40,210 nucleotides of DNA from positions 1-40,210 of the IMG/VR virus record IMGVR_UViG_3300037785_000057; one strand, given 5' to 3'. The position numbers and the translations under genes were made by a program. Positions 15,766-22,769 of this stretch are shown piece by piece; the first letter of the stretch is position 1, and every line of letters begins with the position of its first letter. The notes beneath the pieces are model-generated. The model did not search any database. It was not told where the DNA came from and was given only the letters and a program-made list of their open reading frames with translations. The DNA is from a virus. Its lineage: Duplodnaviria > Caudoviricetes.

Positions 15766-16098
15766 ATGACTAGGATCGAGGCGCTTAGGGCGCTGCTGGA
15801 GAAGGTGGAGGCGGGGGAGGCGAGAGGTTTGTATGGTATGCTTTCAGAAGCATGCGGACTTGACGCGGTTGAGGTTATGCGCGCGGATCTGGGCTCCCTC
15901 GACGCCGCGAAGTCGCTGCATGAGGCGGTGCTGCCGGGGTGTGGATGGGGCGTTGGCGATACACGCGCGGGGGTCTATCTCAATGGCGCGTATTTGAGCG
16001 AGCCGGTTGACGACACCCCCGCCCGCGCATGGCTATTGGCGATCCTTCGGGCCTTGATCGCGCAGGAGGAAGGCACAAAAAAGCCCGGCGCCTCGTGA
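15766..16098 (+). CDS. Conserved phage hypothetical protein
   Basis: AGGAG RBS; GSLDAAKSLHEAVLPG...TPARAWLLAILRALIA. Confidence 0.7.
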   Translation: MTRIEALRALLEKVEAGEARGLYGMLSEACGLDAVEVMRADLGSLDAAKSLHEAVLPGCGWGVGDTRAGVYLNGAYLSEPVDDTPARAWLLAILRALIAQEEGTKKPGAS

Positions 16099-16109
16099 GA
16101 GGGCCGGGC
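16074..16109 (-). terminator. Terminator of the late operon
   Basis: GCCCGGC...GCCGGGC hairpin followed by TTTTTTGTG. Confidence 0.75.
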
Positions 16110-16223
16110 CAGTTGGGCAGTCAGGGGACAGGCCACACGGTCCGTGCGGTCTGCATTGCCTAGAGCAGGCATCCCGGGAAAGCGCCCGGGGCGCATACAC
16201 CGCGCACCACGCGCGGCGATCTC

Positions 16224-16625
16224 TCACATCATCTGCGCGTCCATCCGCCAGATCCGGATCACGGCCGCAGCGCCGTCCGGCAGCGACAATGACCTGCGCT
16301 CGAGGACATATCCCGGCACCACCTCGATCAGGTACAGGTCGGCACCTGGTCCGCTTGTCACGTCGATCTCGATGTCGACGGCCAGGTCGCCGAGGGTCAG
16401 CGTCGTCGAGGTCGTGCCATACGGGTGCTGGACAGCATTCTCGATCCGGATCTCTGCGACGTGATCCGCGCCGCGCACAGGCACCAGCTCGACGGATGCC
16501 GGCGGGTAGGCGTCGGAGACCTCCTGCCACTCGACGCGGGCCTGCGTTTCACCGGCGGTCGCCCAGAGGACGGCCACCAGCCAGGCGGCGATCATGACGG
16601 CGAGGAGGTGACCGGGCCGGATCAT
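16224..16625 (-). CDS. Exported or membrane-anchored beta-rich protein, last late gene
   Basis: N-terminal hydrophobic helix, then alternating beta-strand pattern; ATGA-coupled. Confidence 0.65.
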   Translation of the reverse strand: MIRPGHLLAVMIAAWLVAVLWATAGETQARVEWQEVSDAYPPASVELVPVRGADHVAEIRIENAVQHPYGTTSTTLTLGDLAVDIEIDVTSGPGADLYLIEVVPGYVLERRSLSLPDGAAAVIRIWRMDAQMM

Positions 16626-16852
16626 GACGCGCACCCGGCGTCGGCGGTCACGATCACCTCGACCCCCGCCGCGCCGACGACGGCCGGCGTCTCGGGGTGA
16701 GCGCGCAGAGCGTCGGCCAGAGCAGTCACCGGCCCGGCCAGCTCGCGGCAGACCTCCGTCGCCGACACCGGCGGCGGGGCCAGGCTACCGAGGCCGGGCG
16801 CAGAGCAGGCGCTCATGCCAAGGCAGGTCATCAGGGCAAGCGTCCCTCGCAT
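16622..16852 (-). CDS. Putative o-spanin (Rz1-like lipoprotein)
   Basis: Lipobox-like LGMSA|C; overlaps the i-spanin 3' end in another frame. Confidence 0.6.
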   Translation of the reverse strand: MRGTLALMTCLGMSACSAPGLGSLAPPPVSATEVCRELAGPVTALADALRAHPETPAVVGAAGVEVIVTADAGCAS

Positions 16853-16970
16853 CTTCGATCCTCCGATCTGTCTCGATGTCGGCCCGGGCGTCCCGGCGCT
16901 CGCTGTAGACCAGCAGCACCACCGCCGAGGCCACTGCCGCGAAGACGGCGACGGCAAGGGCCAGGCGCAT
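16785..16970 (-). CDS. Putative i-spanin (Rz-like)
   Basis: N-terminal TM helix and charged periplasmic helix, directly after the endolysin. Confidence 0.6.
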   Translation of the reverse strand: MRLALAVAVFAAVASAVVLLVYSERRDARADIETDRRIEDARDACPDDLPWHERLLCARPR

Positions 16971-17776
16971 CAGGCCCGGACCCCGATCATGCAGAGGTCG
17001 CGCTCTTCAGCGCGGCGCGCCACCAGCCCCCGCAGGACGCGGCCGCCGGCCTTGTTCCACCAGGTGATCGCCTCGCAGCCTCCGGCGATGTCCCCAGCGT
17101 TCAGCCGCCGGGTCGCCGTCGAACCGCCCGCGCCCGCGATCCCGACGTTGAAGGCGAGGCTCGTGTAGGCCGTGTCCCGCTCAGGCGTCAGCCGCGCCCG
17201 CAGCGTCTCGGCGGTCAGGTAGCGGTGCAGCCCCTCGCGATACTCGATCAGCTCGGCACGCAGGAGCGCATCGCACTCCGCCTCCATCATGCTCATGCCC
17301 ATCCTGATCCCGCGGGTGGATCCGTAGCAGATCGTCACCACACCGACCGGGTCGCGGTAGGCGTCGGTCCGCAGGCCTTCCCAGCGCGCGACGAAGGGAA
17401 CCGCGATCGCCATCGTCTGCGCGGTCGTCGGGGCCCCAGCGATCGAGGCCGCGGGCGGGGGCGCCGCCGTGGGGCCCGGCGCGGGCAGCATCAGGTCCCG
17501 GCCCGCGACCACCGCGACCAGGACAAGCGCCGCGACCGCGATCCACGCCGGGTTGCGCGCCTTCGTCCGGTCGATCCCCTGATCGGTCAGGCGTCCGACG
17601 ATGCCGTAGATCAGCAGTCCGACGCCAGCGATCCACCACAGCCGCGGCGAGGTATCGACCCCGCGCAGGAGGTAGAGCGCATCCGGCGCGACAAGGCACA
17701 GCAGCGAGAGGTAAAAGGCCCACATCGAATGAGCGCGCGCCGCGATCCGGCGGGCGTTCGGGATCAGTCTCAGCAT
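16970..17776 (-). CDS. GH24 lysozyme endolysin with three N-terminal TM helices
   Basis: WEGLRTDAYRDPVGVVTICYG (E-D-T triad), SLAFNVG and WNKAGGRVLRGLVARRAEE. GGAGG RBS before ATG 17776. Confidence 0.9.
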   Translation of the reverse strand: MLRLIPNARRIAARAHSMWAFYLSLLCLVAPDALYLLRGVDTSPRLWWIAGVGLLIYGIVGRLTDQGIDRTKARNPAWIAVAALVLVAVVAGRDLMLPAPGPTAAPPPAASIAGAPTTAQTMAIAVPFVARWEGLRTDAYRDPVGVVTICYGSTRGIRMGMSMMEAECDALLRAELIEYREGLHRYLTAETLRARLTPERDTAYTSLAFNVGIAGAGGSTATRRLNAGDIAGGCEAITWWNKAGGRVLRGLVARRAEERDLCMIGVRA

Positions 17777-17792
17777 TATGTCCTCCAATGCA

Positions 17793-17814
17793 GGAAACCC
17801 CGCAGGCGGGGCGT
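17793..17814 (-). terminator. Weak terminator-like hairpin before the endolysin
   Basis: CCCCGC-CT-GCGGGG followed by TTT. Confidence 0.35.
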
Positions 17815-17866
17815 TGTGTTAGAAATTTCCGGAATCGCGGACACGTCGCGGCGACGTGTCAGGCCG

Positions 17867-18193
17867 TCACTCGCGCTGGGTCGAGAGCCGCTGCAGGATC
17901 TCGCGCTGCAGCTCTGTGGTCTGGCGCACGTCTCCCTCGATCCGGGCCACCGCCCGGAAAAGCTCTTGGGTTCGCGCATCGCTCGCCTCCAAGCGGGCCT
18001 CGACCGTGCGCAGCCGCGCGTCGTAATCCACCCCGGCCTGCCGCTGCGTGGTCAGCATCGCCTCATTGGCCCGCGTCCGGTATTCTGCTTGGACAGCCCA
18101 CACGATGACAGCAATCACCAGCGGCGTGATGGCGAAAACCTTTGTCCATGGCACGCCATCGCGGACACGCTCGATTGCCTCTGATGTCGTCAT
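17867..18193 (-). CDS. Single-TM plus coiled-coil protein, holin-like candidate
   Basis: TM VFAITPLVIAVIVWAV followed by heptad repeats; upstream of the endolysin. Confidence 0.6.
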   Translation of the reverse strand: MTTSEAIERVRDGVPWTKVFAITPLVIAVIVWAVQAEYRTRANEAMLTTQRQAGVDYDARLRTVEARLEASDARTQELFRAVARIEGDVRQTTELQREILQRLSTQRE

Positions 18194-18221
18194 CTCGCCT
18201 CTCTGGTCAGGGTTGCATGGT

Positions 18222-18476
18222 TCATTTCAGGTGCTCCGTCTGCCGCAGGTATTCCTTGGCCCTCTCACGATCCCGCCGCACCGCCTGGGCGCAGTGATCA
18301 GGGTCCCAGGCGAAGATCCAGTCGATCACCCGCTCCAGCACCCAGCCCTCCCGGTGGCACCGGCCGGACAGGCTCTCGTTGGCGGTCGTGTCATGGGGCC
18401 GCGGGGCGCAGGCGGACTGGACGAGCTGCGACAGCGCGTCCCCCACGTTGAACAGGCGGCGCAGGAGGCTATGCAT
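18222..18476 (-). CDS. Small tail-cassette protein
   Basis: NESLSGRC...IDWIFAWDPDHC; overlaps the heme oxygenase stop. Confidence 0.7.
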   Translation of the reverse strand: MHSLLRRLFNVGDALSQLVQSACAPRPHDTTANESLSGRCHREGWVLERVIDWIFAWDPDHCAQAVRRDRERAKEYLRQTEHLK

Positions 18477-18969
18477 GGCGCCCCTCGATCTCGTCCATGA
18501 CGGCGAGCAGACAGCCGAATGTAAGGCGAGCCTGTTTCGTCAGGTCTTCCCTCTCGCGCCAGCCGCGCACGATCTCCTGTGCGGCGGCCGGAGAGCGGTA
18601 GACAACATGGTGGCTTGGCATCCCCAGCTTCGCCATGCGCGGGGCGATGACCCTGCCGCCGCTCCGGTGCGCGCCGTGCAGGACGTAGGCCGCGCCGCCG
18701 GTGTCCTCCTGCTCTGCCAGCCAGGCGGCGTGGCGCAGGGCCGAGACGGAGAGCCGGGGCCGGGGCAGCATCGCGAGGTCCGCCGCCAGCGCCCCGTCGC
18801 GCTCCATGTGATGCGGCAGCGCAGCATCGACGACGGCGTGCAGCGTCCGGAACGCGCCCAGCCAGTCGGCCCACTCCTGGCGCGTGACGGTCGAGGCAGC
18901 CATACGCGTCCCGACCGGGTGGGCCTCGCAGGCGTGGTGCAGATCGCGCGTGGCGACGTAGAGCGACAT
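18469..18969 (-). CDS. Heme oxygenase-like protein
   Basis: Proximal helix ATRDLHHACE (cf. HO-1 ATKEVHTQAE), distal helix AYVLHGAHRSGGRVI (cf. AYTRYLGDLSGGQVL) and C-terminal ARLTF helix. Confidence 0.75.
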   Translation of the reverse strand: MSLYVATRDLHHACEAHPVGTRMAASTVTRQEWADWLGAFRTLHAVVDAALPHHMERDGALAADLAMLPRPRLSVSALRHAAWLAEQEDTGGAAYVLHGAHRSGGRVIAPRMAKLGMPSHHVVYRSPAAAQEIVRGWREREDLTKQARLTFGCLLAVMDEIEGRHA

Positions 18970-18970
18970 C

Positions 18971-19543
18971 TCAGCCCCCCGCCATGATCGAGGCATAGGC
19001 GGCATCGAACGCGGCCTCGATCTCCGTGGCGGCGTCGGCGTCGAGCTGCTCCGCCACCGCCCGCTCTGCGCCGAAGCAGGCCGCGACGTGGCGCGAGACC
19101 AGTGCGGCGATGCCGGTGATCTGGGCGGCGCTCAAATGGACCCAGCCGCTCTCGAGCTTCCACTCGATCGGCTCGGCCATAAGCCCCATCGACAGCGACG
19201 TGACCGCGCCGACGATCTGGCTCTGGCTCTCCCGCGTCGTCCGGATCGTGCGCCCGTCCGGCAGCGTCAGCCCGCCGGTCTCGCGCCGCCAGCGCAGATC
19301 GGACAGGTATTCAATGGGATCGGCCAGCCGCTCCACCGCCAGCCACTCCCGCAGGGCGGCATCGTAATCCGCCGCCAGGAAGACGCGGCGGCGCTTCCAC
19401 TCGCGCGGTGAGGTGTGGCGCTCGACATGGGCGAGGCCGGTCGAGACCCGCCCGCCGGGGTCGAGGGTGCCGTGCTTCACCTGCCCGGCCTCATGCGCGA
19501 TCCAGTAGATCGGCGCGGCGCTGTCGTTGCTCAGGTCGGTCAT
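18971..19543 (-). CDS. DUF4376 domain tail-fibre-associated protein
   Basis: RWRRETGGLT...IRTTRESQSQI...WKLESGWVHLSAAQI...HVAACFGAE. Confidence 0.75.
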   Translation of the reverse strand: MTDLSNDSAAPIYWIAHEAGQVKHGTLDPGGRVSTGLAHVERHTSPREWKRRRVFLAADYDAALREWLAVERLADPIEYLSDLRWRRETGGLTLPDGRTIRTTRESQSQIVGAVTSLSMGLMAEPIEWKLESGWVHLSAAQITGIAALVSRHVAACFGAERAVAEQLDADAATEIEAAFDAAYASIMAGG

Positions 19544-22293
19544 GCCGCGAGCCCTCCGTCGGTGATTGTCCAAGCCGCGCCGGTGCGGGCGACCGTGGCC
19601 GAGGCCAGATCGCCGTCCCACGTCTCCACCAGTTGCGGCGCGCTGAGGTCGCCTGCGTCCTGCTGGGTCGCCTGCACGGTGTCGGTGCTGTCGCGCAGCT
19701 CCCAGACCGCGCTGGTCTTCACGAAATACCAGTCATTCGCGTTGACGTAGAGCTGCACCGTCCCGTCAAAGAGGTAGTCGCCGTCCGCATCCGCGTCACC
19801 GGCGGACGCGACCGTCAGGCGGTTGGAGTTCGTCAGGTAGGCGCGGCCCGCGACAGCGTCCTCATAGGTCTCGCCGGATGCGTAATCGGTCGCGCTATAG
19901 GTTCTGCCGTTGACCCCCAGCGAGACCGAAAAGGGCCCGTTTTGGTTTGCGACACGGTTCGCCCATCCCGTCAGTATCCGCGAATAGTTCTCCTGGCTGA
20001 GACCCGAGCTCAGAGTACCTATTCCCGTATTACTGCGCCGAAACATATCGAGCATCGACACGCCTGCCTGCCGCAACGGCCATCCGGATATATCCTGATC
20101 GAAGGCGTGAACGCGGCGAGCGCTCGGCCCGACCGCAAACATCAGGTCAAAACTCTGCACGCTCGCGACATTCCAGCCCGAGATATCCTGGTCGAAGCCC
20201 TGCTCTAGAGTAGACCCTGACGTTGCGCCTTCCATCCGGAACATGCCTGTCATGAGTTGGGCGCTCGACACATTCCACGAACCGATGGGCTGGTTGAATA
20301 TGAGGGCATCGCCTCCCGAACTATAGAACATTTCAGTGAAGTTCGTGACTGCTCCGACGTTCCACGGCGAAATGTTCTGATTGAACACAGATGCATTTCG
20401 AAAGAGACGCGCCATGACGGTCACGCCCGACGTATTCCACCCTGCAATGGATGGATGATTGAACACAGCTGCCGTGTCGAACAGACCCTCTATATCTGAG
20501 GGCAGGCTCCACCCACTGACGTCATTATTGAACGGAGACAGCGCGAACATTTGATCGACGCTAGACGCGGACGAGATATCCCACCCCGCAAGGGACTGGT
20601 TATAGGAGGACCCGGCGAACATCTCCCGAAAGTCCTGCCCTGATGACACGTCCCAGGCCGCGAGCGGTTGATTGAAACTGCACCATTTGAAAGCCGCTCT
20701 GAAGTTCGTGACGCTTGACACGTCCCAAGCTCCGATGGGCTGGTTGAAAATCGGGCGGGAGCTAGGATTACCCGACCCGCTCGAATGAGAAAACATAAAA
20801 CTGATGTCTTCGAATCTGGACGTATCCCAGTTCGCCAAGGGCTGATTGAACACGGGCGAGACTGAAACGCTGGCATCAACGGCGAACATGTATGAGGCAT
20901 CGCGAACGCTCGACATGTTCCATCCGGCCAGAGGCTGGTTGAAGCTGATGGCATTGAGGAACATGCCACGAACAATTTCCGCGCTCGACATGTCCCATGC
21001 AGCCAGCGGCTGATTGAAATCGACTGCACTCAGAAAACAATCGGTGAAGTCCCGGACATTCCCGACCCCCAGCGACTGCACTTCAAACCCGGGGTCCGCG
21101 CTTCTGAAGGCCCCCTCCAGAGACGTCACCTGCGGCGGCAGCGCCGGGTTCACATAGGTGGTGTTCGTCGTGCAGTTCCGGAACATCTCCCGCAGCGAGG
21201 TCAGCCCAAGCTGGAACCCGATATTGTCGACCCGGATCAGGCCCTGGATATTCGCGTTGCCGCCATACTGCTGAAGCTGGCCCGAGATCGTCACGGTCAC
21301 GGGCCCGGTCACGCCCGCGGCGTAGACGTGGCTCTTGATCCCTGCCGTGGTGAAGGCCTCCGTCTCGCCGTCTCCCCAGTCCACCTCGACGTTGACGATC
21401 CCGCCGTAGACACCGAGCGGCAGGAACACCGTCCTGTTGAGTGCCAGTGCCGGGTCGTAGACCAGGATCATCGAGGCCGCGCCGTTCAGCACGGTGCGCG
21501 GCACGGTCCAGTCGGTATAGGTGATCGGCCCGGTGCCGCCCACGCGCCCGCCATAGCGCCCGCGCCAGATATAGCCCGCCCCCTCGACCAGTGTGTCCGG
21601 AAGAGCCACCGCCGCCCCGGTGACCGCCGTGACGGTCTCGACCGGGTCATCGACGGCAGGATCGGCCCCCGCTTCCCACAGCTCGATCTGCGTCTCGACG
21701 TAGCTCAGGCCGAAGTTGGAATTGAAGGGGGTCAGCTCGACGACGCCTGTCGTGGCGCCCTCTGGCGTGACAGCACGGGGATTGTCGATCAGCTCCGGAT
21801 AGACTTGCCGGAACGGGACCGAGAACTCCGACTGCGATCCTTCGGTGCCGGTGTAGAGCCCGCGCCACCAGAACGCCTGCCCGGGCGCCAAGCCATCGCC
21901 AGGGTATATCGTGACATATTCCGAGACCGAGGTGCTGGTGATCGACCGCGCGAAAAGCGGGCTGTCGAACCCGTCCTGCGACGTGGCGACCTCGAAGAAC
22001 ACCCCGGTCTGCGTCAGCCCGCGGGGACTGAAGAAGGGCGACAGGCGCAGGCGCCGCGCCTGGTCGCTGTCCGTCGGCGGCAGGGCTGCGGGACGCGCGA
22101 TGTCCACCGTGTCCTGGGGGATACGCCAGCGCACGCCGTCCGAATAGTAGAACTGGCCGTCGGCGGCGTAGAGCGCGGCGCCCTCATAATCCGCCGGGTC
22201 GAGTGTGATGGGCGTCGGGACCGCACGGCCCCGGCCGATGAAATTGGGCTGCGACAGGAACCGATCGCCAAAGCCCAGGAAACGCTTGCTCAT
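19540..22293 (-). CDS. DUF285/BspA-type repeat protein, probable receptor-binding or virion adhesin
   Basis: Twelve FNQPL/IxxWxxSxxxxxxxMF-type repeats, a PKD-like VDWGDG segment, and FN3-like N-terminal domains. Confidence 0.85.
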   Translation of the reverse strand: MSKRFLGFGDRFLSQPNFIGRGRAVPTPITLDPADYEGAALYAADGQFYYSDGVRWRIPQDTVDIARPAALPPTDSDQARRLRLSPFFSPRGLTQTGVFFEVATSQDGFDSPLFARSITSTSVSEYVTIYPGDGLAPGQAFWWRGLYTGTEGSQSEFSVPFRQVYPELIDNPRAVTPEGATTGVVELTPFNSNFGLSYVETQIELWEAGADPAVDDPVETVTAVTGAAVALPDTLVEGAGYIWRGRYGGRVGGTGPITYTDWTVPRTVLNGAASMILVYDPALALNRTVFLPLGVYGGIVNVEVDWGDGETEAFTTAGIKSHVYAAGVTGPVTVTISGQLQQYGGNANIQGLIRVDNIGFQLGLTSLREMFRNCTTNTTYVNPALPPQVTSLEGAFRSADPGFEVQSLGVGNVRDFTDCFLSAVDFNQPLAAWDMSSAEIVRGMFLNAISFNQPLAGWNMSSVRDASYMFAVDASVSVSPVFNQPLANWDTSRFEDISFMFSHSSGSGNPSSRPIFNQPIGAWDVSSVTNFRAAFKWCSFNQPLAAWDVSSGQDFREMFAGSSYNQSLAGWDISSASSVDQMFALSPFNNDVSGWSLPSDIEGLFDTAAVFNHPSIAGWNTSGVTVMARLFRNASVFNQNISPWNVGAVTNFTEMFYSSGGDALIFNQPIGSWNVSSAQLMTGMFRMEGATSGSTLEQGFDQDISGWNVASVQSFDLMFAVGPSARRVHAFDQDISGWPLRQAGVSMLDMFRRSNTGIGTLSSGLSQENYSRILTGWANRVANQNGPFSVSLGVNGRTYSATDYASGETYEDAVAGRAYLTNSNRLTVASAGDADADGDYLFDGTVQLYVNANDWYFVKTSAVWELRDSTDTVQATQQDAGDLSAPQLVETWDGDLASATVARTGAAWTITDGGLAA

Positions 22294-22303
22294 ATCTCGC
22301 CCC

Positions 22304-22768
22304 TTACGCCGGCAGGTCTTGTTCTGCGGCGCCGAAGGACGCCGAGCTCGTGAAGTCGATGGCGTTCGCGGCAGCGGCTTTGATCTGCAGCCGGTCGCCG
22401 TTGGAGGAGGCGATGGTCCGCTTTGTGAGGATCTGTCCGGGCGCGGGGTGGGAGTATGTCTCGAGCGGCGGGATCGAGACGCTGACCTGCTGCACTATGG
22501 CACCGGCCTCCGTGACGATCCGGACCTCGACGACGTGGGCCGTATCGACGCTCTTGTTCCAGAAGAGCAGCGGCGCCTCGATCAGCGCCTGCCCGGGCTG
22601 GATGCGGCGAGTCGCGTCGGCGGGGTCGCGCTCGGGCCAGGTGCCCGTCGTGTCGGGCACGCTGTAGTCGTGCGGCTCGAGGACCGTTGTCCAGGTCGTC
22701 GGAACGTTTGCAACGGTGATGAGCTGCGGCCGAGCGGTCGCCGCCTGGTTCGTGGTGATCCGGGTCAT
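22304..22768 (-). CDS. Small beta-rich virion protein
   Basis: 154 aa between the spike and the DUF285 protein. Confidence 0.7.
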   Translation of the reverse strand: MTRITTNQAATARPQLITVANVPTTWTTVLEPHDYSVPDTTGTWPERDPADATRRIQPGQALIEAPLLFWNKSVDTAHVVEVRIVTEAGAIVQQVSVSIPPLETYSHPAPGQILTKRTIASSNGDRLQIKAAAANAIDFTSSASFGAAEQDLPA

Positions 22769-22769
22769 T

